In this document: piece after piece, positions 36,419 to 46,899 of the stretch
Layout of the letters: each line of letters starts with the position of its first letter
How positions within the stretch are numbered: the first letter of the stretch is position 1
DNA from: Anaerolineales bacterium
GTDB taxonomy: Bacteria > Chloroflexota > Anaerolineae > 4572-78 > J111
Direction of reading: 5' to 3'
Assembly (NCBI GenBank): GCA_020634935.1
Contig: JACKAT010000027.1
Location: 1 to 64,000 of the forward strand
Length of the DNA stretch: 64,000 nucleotides
Notes under the pieces: generated by a model
What the model was told of the DNA's origin: nothing
Databases searched by the model: none
What the model saw: only the letters and a program-made list of their open reading frames with translations
Made by a program: the position numbers and the translations under genes

Positions 36419-37480
36419 ATGAAAAGCTTCCAATGTCAAAATTGCGGGCAGTTGCTTTTCTTTGAAAATACTCAATGTTTGCATTGTGGTTACCAGCTCG
36501 GCTATATCCCTGAGGCCCAGGTGCTGACGGCGCTAAATACCGTAGATAATCAGTATTGGCAGCCGCTTGAACCTGATATAAGCCACCAACAGTTCCGGTT
36601 GTGCACTAATTATGCTCAGGAAAATGTATGCAATTGGCTAATCCCCGCCGACGATCCTCATCCCTTCTGCCGCTCTTGCCGGCTTAATCAAACCATTCCT
36701 AATTTGGATGAAGGCAACAATCGAGAATTGTGGGCCAAACTGGAGGTGGCTAAGCGACGGTTGATTTATAGTTTGCTGGCTTTGGGGCTGCCGGTGGTGA
36801 GCAAGGAACAGGAGCCGGAACGAGGTCTGGCCTTCGATTTTTTGGCTCCGATTGGGGATGACGCCGAACCTGTAACCACCGGCCATGCCGATGGATTAAT
36901 CACCATCAATGTTTTGGAAGCGGACAGTGTAATGCGGGAGCAAATGCGGGTGGCGATGGATGAACCCTACCGGACCTTGTTGGGGCATTTCCGTCACGAA
37001 ATTGGCCACTACTACTGGATGTTGCTGGTTCAAAATAGCGGGTGGCTGGAGCCTTTTCGGGAATTATTCGGCAATGAACAGGAAGATTATGGTCAGGCTC
37101 TGGAGCGGCACTATCAAGGTGATCCGCCAGCGAATTGGCAAGAACAGTTTGTCAGTGTCTATGCCGGGGCTCACGCCTGGGAAGATTGGGCCGAAACCTG
37201 GGCCCATTATTTGCATATCACCGATGCCATCGAAACCGCTCGCGAATTTGGGGTGACGGTTCGGTTGAAAGCGGTCAGCAACCGGACCTCGCCAACCATG
37301 GCCGATCTTTACAGCCAGTCTTTCCAAAACATTGTTGATCGATGGTTACCTCTAACCTATGCCCTCAACAGCATCAACCGGAGCATGGGGCAGCCCGATA
37401 TGTATCCTTTTGTACTGTCCCCTAAAGCGATTGAAAAGTTGAGTTTTGTCCATGAAGTGATTAAGGGCAATCATTTATAA
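36419..37480 (+). CDS. Putative zinc-ribbon + HExxH zinc metallopeptidase (COG4307-like)
   Basis: N-terminal 'CQNCGQ...CLHCG' zinc ribbon. 'FRHEIGHYYW' HExxH motif. RBS 'aaagga'. Confidence 0.65.
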   Translation: MKSFQCQNCGQLLFFENTQCLHCGYQLGYIPEAQVLTALNTVDNQYWQPLEPDISHQQFRLCTNYAQENVCNWLIPADDPHPFCRSCRLNQTIPNLDEGNNRELWAKLEVAKRRLIYSLLALGLPVVSKEQEPERGLAFDFLAPIGDDAEPVTTGHADGLITINVLEADSVMREQMRVAMDEPYRTLLGHFRHEIGHYYWMLLVQNSGWLEPFRELFGNEQEDYGQALERHYQGDPPANWQEQFVSVYAGAHAWEDWAETWAHYLHITDAIETAREFGVTVRLKAVSNRTSPTMADLYSQSFQNIVDRWLPLTYALNSINRSMGQPDMYPFVLSPKAIEKLSFVHEVIKGNHL

Positions 37481-37503
37481 GAACAACTGTTATACGTCGT
37501 AAA

Positions 37504-37546
37504 AACAGGTGACAGCAGTTAGTTATCGCTGTCACCTGTTTTTATA
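37504..37546 (+). terminator. Rho-independent terminator after the metallopeptidase gene
   Basis: 'acaggtgacagc agttagttat cgctgtcacctgt ttttat' gives a 12-13 bp stem plus a U-tract. Confidence 0.7.
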
Positions 37547-37586
37547 TCGTTTACCATTTAACGATGGTTTATCGGCGGCAAAACCC

Positions 37587-38558
37587 TTATTCCAGCGACA
37601 CCCGGTGCTCGGCATGGATTGTGCGCCGGGTGCCGGTTTCACCACGGAGAACTAGTGAATAGGTTTTGGCTTGCTGGCCCCAATATTCGACTCCGTTCAG
37701 CAATGGGCCGTCGGTGATACCGGTGGCCGCTAAAAAAATCTGATTACTGGAGACCAACTCATCGCAGGTCAGGATACGCTTTGTATCAATGCCGGCGGTT
37801 TTAACGGCTTCCCATTCACCCTCGCTTTGAGGCGCCAGCCGGGCCAGCATAGCCCCGCCAATCGCCTTGACGCCACAGGCTGCGGTAACTCCCTCAGAAG
37901 CGCCGCCGATGCCCATCAGGGCATCCGGTCCGGCTCCAGGCGTGGCGGCAATCAAGGCTCCGGCGGTATCGCCGTCGGGCCGGAGCAGTACCCGCGCTCC
38001 TGCTTTACGAATTTCATCGATCAAATCTCTATGGCGGGGGCGATCCAGGACAATAATCTGCAAATCGCGAATCGATTTGCCTTTGGCCCGAGCAATGGCG
38101 GCCAGCGTCCAGCCGGCCGGAGCATCCATACACTCGGGTATCAGCGCGTCGGCGGCGTCGGCATCGACAATAATTTTGTCCATATAAGCGGCGGGTTTGC
38201 AATCCCACATCGAGTAACGCGGTGTGACACAGACCACCGAGATAGCGCCCGGCAGGCCAGTAACCACTGAATTCGTGCCGTCGATGGGATCGACCACGAC
38301 ATCTACTTCCGGACCTTTGCCGGTGCCAACCCGCCGGCCTGTATCGAGCGGGGTGTGTTCTTTCAGCCGGCCTTCTTCACCGATGACAATATAACCGTCA
38401 ATATTAATCGAGGCTAGCGCTAAACTCATCGCCTCGGTGGCCGCTCGGTGGGTCATCTCCCGATTACCTAACCCCAACCAACGGCCTGCGGTCAGGGCAG
38501 TCGCTTCAGTGACTCGTACTAAATCAAGCCCGATATTACGCGATGGTGTCTGATCCAT
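37587..38558 (-). CDS. glpX: Class II fructose-1,6-bisphosphatase / sedoheptulose bisphosphatase GlpX
   Basis: Colinear with GlpX: 'RVTEATALTAGRWLGLGN', 'VDPIDGT', 'IVLDRPRH', 'DGDTAGA', 'IGGASEGV'. Confidence 0.88.
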   Translation of the reverse strand: MDQTPSRNIGLDLVRVTEATALTAGRWLGLGNREMTHRAATEAMSLALASINIDGYIVIGEEGRLKEHTPLDTGRRVGTGKGPEVDVVVDPIDGTNSVVTGLPGAISVVCVTPRYSMWDCKPAAYMDKIIVDADAADALIPECMDAPAGWTLAAIARAKGKSIRDLQIIVLDRPRHRDLIDEIRKAGARVLLRPDGDTAGALIAATPGAGPDALMGIGGASEGVTAACGVKAIGGAMLARLAPQSEGEWEAVKTAGIDTKRILTCDELVSSNQIFLAATGITDGPLLNGVEYWGQQAKTYSLVLRGETGTRRTIHAEHRVSLE

Positions 38559-40881
38559 TATGTTCTCTCCTTGGCTCTAAATTAACCCGAAGGTCTACCG
38601 CTTCCAGTAAATCTGCAGCTTCCCAGGCCAGCAGCCCGCCTTGCAAAATCGATAAATTTTCAAATCCCTGCTGCTTTAAAATCGAGGCCGCTCGATTGCT
38701 GCGCCGGCCGCTGCGACAAACTAAAACAATCGGCTGAGTTTTGGGTAGGGATAAACTCTCGGCCATTATTTCTCCCAGAGGAATGAGTTGGGCCTCAGGA
38801 ATATGGCCTCTAGCAAATTCTCGGGGTTCCCGAACATCGATAACCAGCGGTTTATCGCCGTTGCTGCTGTGGAGTTTTTTCCACAACTGCTCAGGATTGA
38901 TGGTTGTCATATCGTTAGGGAGGATAACCGGGACAGTGGATAACTCTAATGAGTGATGGCTTTTCGGCAGGTTTTGGCACTCTTTGAAGGCTCTAAAAGG
39001 ACATTCATAAATGCAAATAGCCGGGTCAAGTACACGGTAGAATAAAAACCCAATAGCTTCTTCCTCGCTCAAAAAATGACTTTCGCCCACTTTATTAGTG
39101 AAGCCGGAAGATTTCATGATGGCCAAAACCGGATCTTGGACCTTCATGAAAAAGATATCGCCGCCCCGTTCATGGTATAAATGATGAATATTCTCTAGCA
39201 TGCGAATACCGCTAATGTCGCAGTTGTTCACCCCATGCATTCGCAGTAGGAGGAACCGCTCGGTGGGCAGGCTGGTCATATGTTGAATAATTAACTCTTC
39301 CACGTGATTGACCGCGCCGAAATAGAGATCGCCGGAAATCTTGATAATCCCCAACTGCGGACAACCCGGCTGGCCTGGTCGCCGCCGGATAAAATGTTTG
39401 TATGTTTTATCCGGTATAACGGGAAAGACTTTAGGTACGCTGGTTCGGGTGATGTAAAAGGCAAACGAGATGAGAACCCCCATTAACACCGCAAACTCAA
39501 TTTTTAAGAAGATGGTGCCGAAAAATGTGATCAACATGATGATGGCATCACTCCGGTTGCCTTTCCAGATCAGTTTCATTTCTTTAGTATCAAGTAACCC
39601 GTAAGCGGTGACCATCAGCACACCGGCCAGGGCGGCAATCGGCAAGTAAATTCCCAGTGAACCTAACGTTAACATCGCCACCAGCACAAAGACACTTGAC
39701 AACAGGCTGCTCATCCGAGTTTTAGCCCCGGCATCCATATTTACCGCTGAACGAGCGAATGAGCCGGCCCCGGCATAGCCGCTAAACAGCCCGGCCGCTA
39801 CGTTAGAAAGCCCCTGACCTACAAATTCCTGATTACTATCCAAACGCTGGCCGGTCTGGGTTGAAAAAGCGCGGGCGATAGCCGTGGTCTGAATCAGGCC
39901 AATAGCCCCAACCGCCAGCGCCCCAGCTGATAATTTGGAAATCAGTTCAAGGTCCAGCAGCGGGAGATCGGCTAGTGGGGGTAATGTTTTCGGCAATTCA
40001 CCGATAACTTTGACGCCGTTGTTACCCAGGTCAAAGGTGTAGACAAAAAACGACGCCGCGATCATAGCTAACAAAGGTCCAGGCAGTTTGGGGGCAAATT
40101 TGCGCAGCCCCACAATCAGGATAATCGTGCCGATACTGAGCGCGGTGGTAGCCGGGTGGCTAGAAGGCAGTAACAGAACGGTGTTAACAATGGTATCGAT
40201 GACGTTGCTGCTTTTAAATTCCAAACCAAAAACGTTTTTCAATTGACCGATGGCAATCAATAGACCCGCCCCACTGGCAAAACCGATGATGACCGAGTGC
40301 GAGACAAAGTTAACCAGTATCCCCAACCCGGATAGCCCCATAATTAACTGAAAAATACCGGCCATAACGGCCAACATTCCGGCCGCCAGGATAAATTCCG
40401 GCGAACCGGGAGCGGCAATAGCCAGCAGGGATGAGAGTACCAAAATTGAGATGGCGTTGGCCGGACCGGTATTCATCTGATCGCTGGAGCCCCATAGCGC
40501 CCCTACAATACCGGCCATGATCGCTCCGTATAAGCCCATTTCCGGCGGTAGTTCGGCGATGAGCGCGAAGGCGATCACTTGAGGCAAGGCAATGACCCCC
40601 ACTGTCAACCCGGCTACCAGATCAGGTCGCAGGTAGCCCAACTTGTATGATTTTAAGAAGCGGATAGGACTGGAAAGATAGACCGGCGTGTGGCTGAGGC
40701 TGTCGACAAAGGGGTTAGAGGCTGAGTCTACTTCGGCTGTTGGGTCAGTTTCCTTTATTTCTTGTTCAGAAGGGTTGATGTCATCGGCGTTATTATCCGG
40801 CGGACGGCTGCCGAGTGTGACATATTCCAGAATGTCGGCAGGGGTTTTCATTTGTGGTTTGTTTTTGAAATGGCTGGCCAT
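38536..40881 (-). CDS. SulP-family anion transporter with STAS domain fused to a C-terminal rhodanese domain
   Basis: SulP TM core ('LVAGLTVGVIALPQVIAF'), STAS ('IIKISGDLYFGAVN') and rhodanese active-site loop 'CRSGRRS'. Its 3' end overlaps the glpX start by 23 nt. Confidence 0.85.
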   Translation of the reverse strand: MASHFKNKPQMKTPADILEYVTLGSRPPDNNADDINPSEQEIKETDPTAEVDSASNPFVDSLSHTPVYLSSPIRFLKSYKLGYLRPDLVAGLTVGVIALPQVIAFALIAELPPEMGLYGAIMAGIVGALWGSSDQMNTGPANAISILVLSSLLAIAAPGSPEFILAAGMLAVMAGIFQLIMGLSGLGILVNFVSHSVIIGFASGAGLLIAIGQLKNVFGLEFKSSNVIDTIVNTVLLLPSSHPATTALSIGTIILIVGLRKFAPKLPGPLLAMIAASFFVYTFDLGNNGVKVIGELPKTLPPLADLPLLDLELISKLSAGALAVGAIGLIQTTAIARAFSTQTGQRLDSNQEFVGQGLSNVAAGLFSGYAGAGSFARSAVNMDAGAKTRMSSLLSSVFVLVAMLTLGSLGIYLPIAALAGVLMVTAYGLLDTKEMKLIWKGNRSDAIIMLITFFGTIFLKIEFAVLMGVLISFAFYITRTSVPKVFPVIPDKTYKHFIRRRPGQPGCPQLGIIKISGDLYFGAVNHVEELIIQHMTSLPTERFLLLRMHGVNNCDISGIRMLENIHHLYHERGGDIFFMKVQDPVLAIMKSSGFTNKVGESHFLSEEEAIGFLFYRVLDPAICIYECPFRAFKECQNLPKSHHSLELSTVPVILPNDMTTINPEQLWKKLHSSNGDKPLVIDVREPREFARGHIPEAQLIPLGEIMAESLSLPKTQPIVLVCRSGRRSNRAASILKQQGFENLSILQGGLLAWEAADLLEAVDLRVNLEPRREHNGSDTIA

Positions 40882-41411
40882 AATCTTGGCTCCTTCCTGT
40901 TGTCATTTTCTTGCCGTTGAATTGACCATTTCATCACTAGCGTCGTGCGCGATTATTATGACAAAATTAATTGGGTGGACTTAATAGCGCGGGAAGATTT
41001 TAATTCTTGGAGACTGATTATAATCCCAACCGGATAATAAGTGAAACGAAGCCAAGGCTTACGTTGATGAGGGGAACAATTGGCAAGAGAACAAAAAAAG
41101 ATTGAACGGAAGGGAAGTTCGATCTTTTTTGAAAATATGTAAGATAGGTTAAATTGGTGGCACAGGGGCCATAAGATGGGATCGATAGATAATGGCTGAA
41201 ATCAGCCACGAATGATCAAAGGCTTATTTTTTGGCATAACTCGTGAGTCTGCTTAATATAACTCACGTTGCCATCCATTATCCGGTCAAGCCGGTTGTAT
41301 CGCCAGGAGGCTAAGTTTCTAGAAATTCGTCGTGTTCTGGGGATCGTTGCGGTTCAAATGGATTGTTGGGGTTGAAGAGGACTTAATCTATTGGGCGAGT
41401 GGAGGTGTTTC

Positions 41412-41861
41412 ATGCGCGCTATTTTACAACGCGTCCGGCAGGGCCACGTCACAGTAAATAATCAAATTGTTGGTCAAGTGGGACATGGGTATGTCATCCT
41501 CTTGGGGATCACCCATGACGATGGACCGCCTGAGGTCAAGAAATTGGCTGAGAAAACGGCTCACCTGCGCGTATTTGAAGACGAGCAGGGCAAGATGAAT
41601 CGATCTGTCTTAGAGGTGGCTGGGGAAATATTAGTTATCTCTCAATTTACGCTGTATGCCGATGCCAAAAAAGGGCGGCGACCCAGTTTTACCCAGGCCG
41701 CCGCTCCTGATCAGGCTGAACCTCTTGTGGTCCAATTTGTTGAGACGCTGCGCCAATTAGGTCTTCAAAAGGTCGAAACCGGTGTTTTTGGCGCGCACAT
41801 GATGGTTCATATTGAAAACGACGGGCCGGTGACCATTATCCTTGACACTGCCGTGCTCTAA
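41412..41861 (+). CDS. dtd: D-aminoacyl-tRNA deacylase
   Basis: 'MRAILQRV' N-terminus, 'SQFTL' motif and C-terminal 'NDGPVT'. About 150 aa. Confidence 0.88.
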   Translation: MRAILQRVRQGHVTVNNQIVGQVGHGYVILLGITHDDGPPEVKKLAEKTAHLRVFEDEQGKMNRSVLEVAGEILVISQFTLYADAKKGRRPSFTQAAAPDQAEPLVVQFVETLRQLGLQKVETGVFGAHMMVHIENDGPVTIILDTAVL

Positions 41862-42006
41862 GAGGCTGCTTTAAAGGTCTCTTAGGGTCCACAGATAGAC
41901 CCAGATGATCACTGATATTATCAAAATTTGGATAAAAATCGGTGACTATCCGTGTAAATCTGTGGACAACTCTATAAACTCCCCCTGTTAAAACAGCTTC
42001 TAAAGA
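41862..42006 (+). mobile_element. MITE-like element, family B, copy 3
   Basis: 'ggtccacagatagacccagatgatcactgatattatcaaaatttggataaaaatcggtgactatc...gtggacaactc...ctgttaaaacagcttc' matches 7466-7613. Confidence 0.7.
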
Positions 42007-44157
42007 TTACTCCATGCTCGGTACATACAGATCATTGGTGTAATCCTTAATCATACGAGTCATACTAAATTGCGGCGCTACTGTGCGAATCGACTCTTTG
42101 ACGTATTGCACCCACTGGTGCGGAATACCGTCACCATTACGATTATAAAAGGCCGGTACAAGCTGCTGTTCGAGCGTCTCATAGATAGACGTGGCGTCGG
42201 CGTGGTTTTGATCATACTCATTGTTATATTGGGCGTTGGCATCGCCGATCGACCAGCCGTTTTTGCTATTATACGCTTCATCCCACCAACCATCTAAGAT
42301 GGAGAAGTTGGGCGAGCCGTTAAGGGCCGCTTTTTCACCGCTGGTCCCGCTGGCCTCCATGGGGCGGCGTGGGGTGTTCATCCAGACATCGACTCCGGCC
42401 AGCATATTGCGGGACACATTCATATCATAATCTTCGATAAAAATGAGATGCCCCGCCAACCCGGCTTCGTGCGAGCGATAATAGACCTCGCGGATAAAGT
42501 TTTTGCCCGGTTCGTCGCGCGGGTGGGCCTTACCCGAAAAGACAAATTGGACCGCGCCGCCGCCGCTGCCGTGGACGATACGTTTGAGACGTTCGGTATC
42601 GTGGAAAATGAGGGTCGCCCGCTTGTACGTCGCAAAGCGGCGAGCAAAGCCAATCGTCAGCGTTTTGGAGTTGAACAGATTTTTAACCGACTGAATCTCG
42701 TTAGGATGCATCCCCAGGCGGATCATCCGCTGACGGGTGCGCAGTCGAATGAAATCAACCAATCTGGCCCGCAACTGGTTCATAATCTCCCACAGTTCTT
42801 CATCAGGCACGTCCATTATCGTATTCCACATGGCCTGATCATCGATGTTCAACGGCCAGTCAGAGCCAAACTGTCTGTCATACAACGCTTTTAGCTCGGG
42901 GGCCAGCCAGGTTTCGGTGTGAATGCCGTTGGTCACGTAGGAGATCGGTACATCGTCAGTTTCGCGGTTGGGCCACAGCCAGTTCCACATTTTGCGCGAG
43001 ACTTCCCCATGCAGTTTACTAACCCCATTCGCCCGGCCGGACATTTTCAAAGCCAGTACGGTCATACTGAACGACGGTCCCCAGCTTTGATCTTGCCGGG
43101 CCAGATCCAAAAAGTCCTCCCGGCTGATCTTGAGATCATCGTGCCAGGTGGGGAAATAGCGATCCATCATATGGAACGGAAACGCATCGTGACCGGCCGG
43201 CACCGGGGTGTGGGTAGTAAAGACAGAACTTTTGCGAATAACGTCGGCTGCTTCGTTAAACGTTTTGCCGTTGGCCACCAATTCTCTGCCCCGCTCCAGC
43301 ACCATAAAGGCCGAGTGTCCTTCATTCATATGCCACACCGCCGGTTCGATGCCCAATTTTCGCAGCGCCCGCACCCCGCCAATGCCTAAGACCATCTCCT
43401 GAGCCAGGCGCATCTCTTCGTCGCCGCCGTACAGCCGGGCCGAAAGTTCGCGGTCAGGTTCGGCATTAGGATGAATATCGGTATCCATCAGATAGAGCGG
43501 CACAATGCCCACCTGAATTTTGTAAACCTTGGCATAAACCAGGCGATCCGGCAGGTTGTTGCGGGCCGGCAGCGAGACGGACACGACAATTTCTTTGCCG
43601 TCGGGGGTAAACGCCGGCTGGGCCGGCACTTCAGCGAAGCGCACTTTGGTGTAGATGGCTTCCTGATCGCCGTTAGGTGTGATAACTTGTCTAAAGTACC
43701 CCTGGGGATAAATAAACCCTACCCCAATAAAGGGCAGCCCCAAATCACTGGCTTCTTTGGTATGGTCGCCGGACAAAATCCCCAAACCGCCGGAGTAAAT
43801 GGGCAAACATTCGTGCAACCCAAACTCGGCCGAGAAGTAGGCAATTGGCTTATCGATTTTATCAGGATAGGTTTGTTTAAACCAGGTGTCTTCATACACC
43901 TGATACTTGTCGAACGCAATTAAAACCTCGTGGTAGGCTTTAATAAAATCAGCGGTATTGGCCGCTTTATCCAAATCCGACTGCCGGACTGAGGATAAAA
44001 AGAGAACAGGATTGTGGTAGACGTCTTCCCAAAGCTGGGCGTCGATCATTTTGAACAGTTCTTGCGCTTCCGGATGCCAACTCCACCATAAATTGTAGGC
44101 AACATCGATGATGCGGTTGATCCGCTCCGGGATAGGCATAAAGCCAACGGTCTTCAT
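42007..44157 (-). CDS. Alpha-glucan phosphorylase (GlgP-like, TIGR02094-type glycogen/maltodextrin phosphorylase)
   Basis: 'GGLGILSGDHTKEASDLGLPFIGVGFIYPQGYF'. The pyridoxal-phosphate region is 'GFARRFATYKR'. Start at ATG 44157 ('MKTVGFMPIP') with RBS 'aggagat'. Confidence 0.85.
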   Translation of the reverse strand: MKTVGFMPIPERINRIIDVAYNLWWSWHPEAQELFKMIDAQLWEDVYHNPVLFLSSVRQSDLDKAANTADFIKAYHEVLIAFDKYQVYEDTWFKQTYPDKIDKPIAYFSAEFGLHECLPIYSGGLGILSGDHTKEASDLGLPFIGVGFIYPQGYFRQVITPNGDQEAIYTKVRFAEVPAQPAFTPDGKEIVVSVSLPARNNLPDRLVYAKVYKIQVGIVPLYLMDTDIHPNAEPDRELSARLYGGDEEMRLAQEMVLGIGGVRALRKLGIEPAVWHMNEGHSAFMVLERGRELVANGKTFNEAADVIRKSSVFTTHTPVPAGHDAFPFHMMDRYFPTWHDDLKISREDFLDLARQDQSWGPSFSMTVLALKMSGRANGVSKLHGEVSRKMWNWLWPNRETDDVPISYVTNGIHTETWLAPELKALYDRQFGSDWPLNIDDQAMWNTIMDVPDEELWEIMNQLRARLVDFIRLRTRQRMIRLGMHPNEIQSVKNLFNSKTLTIGFARRFATYKRATLIFHDTERLKRIVHGSGGGAVQFVFSGKAHPRDEPGKNFIREVYYRSHEAGLAGHLIFIEDYDMNVSRNMLAGVDVWMNTPRRPMEASGTSGEKAALNGSPNFSILDGWWDEAYNSKNGWSIGDANAQYNNEYDQNHADATSIYETLEQQLVPAFYNRNGDGIPHQWVQYVKESIRTVAPQFSMTRMIKDYTNDLYVPSME

Positions 44158-44288
44158 TGATACTATCTCCTTCCTCTCAACAAATACTGGAATATCCCAA
44201 TAATGGCTGCTTGAACGGTACACACCTGAGCGTGATTAAATAGTGGTCAAGCTCCGGTGGAGATCACTTGGATATACGGTGTTGGTTT

Positions 44289-44840
44289 TCAAGGTCGTTC
44301 GGGACGCGACTTAAACTCAGCCAGGGCGATTATCTCATCACGGTGGCCTCGTTCGTGGCGATAGGGGATGCGCAGGATACTGGCCAGCGTCACCGGATCG
44401 CCCCAAGTTGGGTGCGCCCCCACCCGATTTAAAGATTCTTCCGAAATGTTAGCTAACAAATCCAATAAATCTTGGTGGGACTTGGTTAGAGCAGCGATAG
44501 CTTGTGGCCAGGTATAGCCAGCCCGCTCGGCTACTGCTCGATTATTCCATGCTTCTTGATTAAACGCAATTTCGTAACAGAGTGGTGAAATGGGGCAATC
44601 TTCATTAAGAATGCGGTGAGCAAAGTGGATAATCGACTCTTCCACTGCCGCCAGATGAGTTACGTGTTCCTTTACGCTCCAGGCGTCGGGCCGGGGGCGA
44701 AACGTGGCTGTTTCTTGATCGATATTACGAATAAGTTGAAGGGTGCTTTGCCGGCTTTCCCGCAGCTTTTGGCGAATCTCGGCGATCGGTGAGCGGTCCA
44801 TGAGGCGACTAACAGCCCTAGATAGCTGCCGAACGCTCAC
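44289..44840 (-). CDS. DinB/YfiT-like (DinB_2) family protein
   Basis: Four-helix-bundle His-containing motifs 'WSVKEHVTHLAAVEE' and 'HERGHRDEI'. Confidence 0.55.
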   Translation of the reverse strand: MSVRQLSRAVSRLMDRSPIAEIRQKLRESRQSTLQLIRNIDQETATFRPRPDAWSVKEHVTHLAAVEESIIHFAHRILNEDCPISPLCYEIAFNQEAWNNRAVAERAGYTWPQAIAALTKSHQDLLDLLANISEESLNRVGAHPTWGDPVTLASILRIPYRHERGHRDEIIALAEFKSRPERP

Positions 44841-45390
44841 GGCGGCGATTGCGCCACCAGAAATACATAATCGCCAGGAAGATAACCGTCAAAAAGACCA
44901 GCAGCGGCAGCAAGATGGCCATCACTGTGCCAATGAAGGCTAAAATATCTTCGATAATACTGACCGCCCAGTTGCCCATGCCACCGGTGGTCGCCGTCAC
45001 AGCCGGTCGAACCGTGGTTTTGGCGACGTGAACCCCCCCCGCCAGCAGCAGACCAGCCACCAGCGCCAACCCCGGATGAAGTTCGCCAACCACACCGGAA
45101 TTTGACGCAAACAGAATTGCGCCGGCGGCCGGGCGGCCAACCGTTTGGATGATGTCATTAAGCGTGTCCACTGCCGGAATTTTATCTACAGTCATCTCGA
45201 TCAACAGCAGCACGGCCAAAATACCGATCACCCACCAACTGGTCAACACGTTCCAGGGTTCATTCAATTGCACTAAATTGGTAAATCGAGCCGTTAGGGC
45301 CACAATCAGCAGCGGCAAATAGGCATTTAATCCGGCCGAAGTCGATAAACCAAAGGCGGTCATTACGTTTGATAAGGCTTCAACCATCAC
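44818..45390 (-). CDS. DUF4126-like integral membrane protein
   Basis: N-terminus 'GLSTSAGLNAYLPLLIVAL' and multiple TM helices. Confidence 0.5.
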   Translation of the reverse strand: MMVEALSNVMTAFGLSTSAGLNAYLPLLIVALTARFTNLVQLNEPWNVLTSWWVIGILAVLLLIEMTVDKIPAVDTLNDIIQTVGRPAAGAILFASNSGVVGELHPGLALVAGLLLAGGVHVAKTTVRPAVTATTGGMGNWAVSIIEDILAFIGTVMAILLPLLVFLTVIFLAIMYFWWRNRRRERSAAI

Positions 45391-45603
45391 TTACTCCTTC
45401 ATATCCATCCAACACTGACGCTTCATCCGCGGTATCTTACGTTATTCCTTATTGATATAGACACCTTTGCCCCGAAAAAGTCACACGGTGATTATAGCCA
45501 ATTTGTACCAACGCCCCAAAACAGTAGATCTCCCAAATTGGGAAGTAGGAAGTAAGAGGAGAACCCCCTACTAATACTCCCTACTTCCTTTTTTATTAAG
45601 CTG

Positions 45604-46272
45604 TTACATCATCGGCGATTTTCGCGCTAACTGGCCGTAGAGATTGGCCGAGACCAAATAAGACCAGAAAAAGGTGAAGAACACGCCGACTAGGCACAAA
45701 ATTATCCCAAAAGCAGCAATCACAGATGCGACCCAACTCAGCAAGACAACAATAATATAATCCCCAATGTTCGTTCTTATAAAGCTAAAGATGTCTCCAA
45801 ATTGGAAAGCCGCGCCTAATGTATCAAATTGAGCATACCGGATGACCGCAGCCGGGACAAATAAATTACAGATAAGGCTCACAATGGCCTGTAGACAATT
45901 TAAACAGACCGCGACAAGGGTCAAATTTTGGGCCGTATCGGGATCGAGTTGCGGTCCGACCCCCTGGATAATACCGGCTCCACAAGCTAGAATAATGGAA
46001 GGAATGTTATAGACAAGGGTTATGACCACCACAAATAAACCTGTCTTAAACAGGCCCCCCCAATCAGACCATTCCGGCAGTGGCCGGGACTGGCCATCTC
46101 GAACATTCTTCAAAACCTGGACCATATACCCACTTAAGGGTAAAAATAAAACAATACCTATCAGAATAGGCGACAGAATGGCCCCTACTAGCGCGACAGC
46201 ACCACCAATCGCTAGTTTTTTGATCCACTCTTCATCATCAAACATATAAGTAAATGCGGATCCAATGTCCAT
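45604..46272 (-). CDS. Hypothetical polytopic membrane protein
   Basis: 5-6 hydrophobic helices. No motif I can name with confidence. Confidence 0.45.
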   Translation of the reverse strand: MDIGSAFTYMFDDEEWIKKLAIGGAVALVGAILSPILIGIVLFLPLSGYMVQVLKNVRDGQSRPLPEWSDWGGLFKTGLFVVVITLVYNIPSIILACGAGIIQGVGPQLDPDTAQNLTLVAVCLNCLQAIVSLICNLFVPAAVIRYAQFDTLGAAFQFGDIFSFIRTNIGDYIIVVLLSWVASVIAAFGIILCLVGVFFTFFWSYLVSANLYGQLARKSPMM

Positions 46273-46899
46273 ATGTGTAGAATTGCCTCCTCAAATGAAA
46301 TTTAGAATGAACTTAAATTTTGGGGTTGTTTATTTAACCCCTTGCTGTATCTAACTGATGAGCCTTGTTGTTTTAATAGGATGAGATTTTGGGTGAAAGT
46401 GTTTGTGGGGTATTATTTATATAATCCGATTCCTCTCTCGAACATAAGATCTGTGGCATATCGGTCAGTGAACTGCCTCCCAATTATACCAAACCTCGTT
46501 CTAGCTGACAATAATTCAAAAATTTATGTCGATTTCCCACCTTAACTTAATTTTGAGAAGATGGAACGGGTGTGCTATACTATCTCGCTAACGGACATCC
46601 GTTCAATTTGATAAATATTTGGTCTCCAAAGTTGACGTTAAACCTGTAGACCGCCGACCGCTGACCGCCCATAAGAGCGGTTGTTTTTCGGCGGTCAGCT
46701 AGCGGTGGTCTACGGTCGAGGTATCGAAATTTCGATCAAATCGCAAAATATATTATTGTAAAGTCTCAGGGTAGCCGTATTGCAAAACAATCGATATGCT
46801 TAATTTTGCAACCCGGCTACCCTGCTCCTTTGTAACATCATTACGAAACAGTCGAAAAAAAGTTGCAGTCTGTAATCGTATTACACAGGAATTTATCCG

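Noticed and set aside
46600-46740. Possible tRNA in the structured GC-rich spacer
   Set aside because: It is a single long hairpin. There is no cloverleaf, no T-loop 'GTTC' and no anticodon arm.
46870-46890. 'CTGT-N11-ACAG' upstream of recN as an E. coli-type LexA box
   Set aside because: The spacer is 11 rather than 8. The proteobacterial box is not expected in this lineage.
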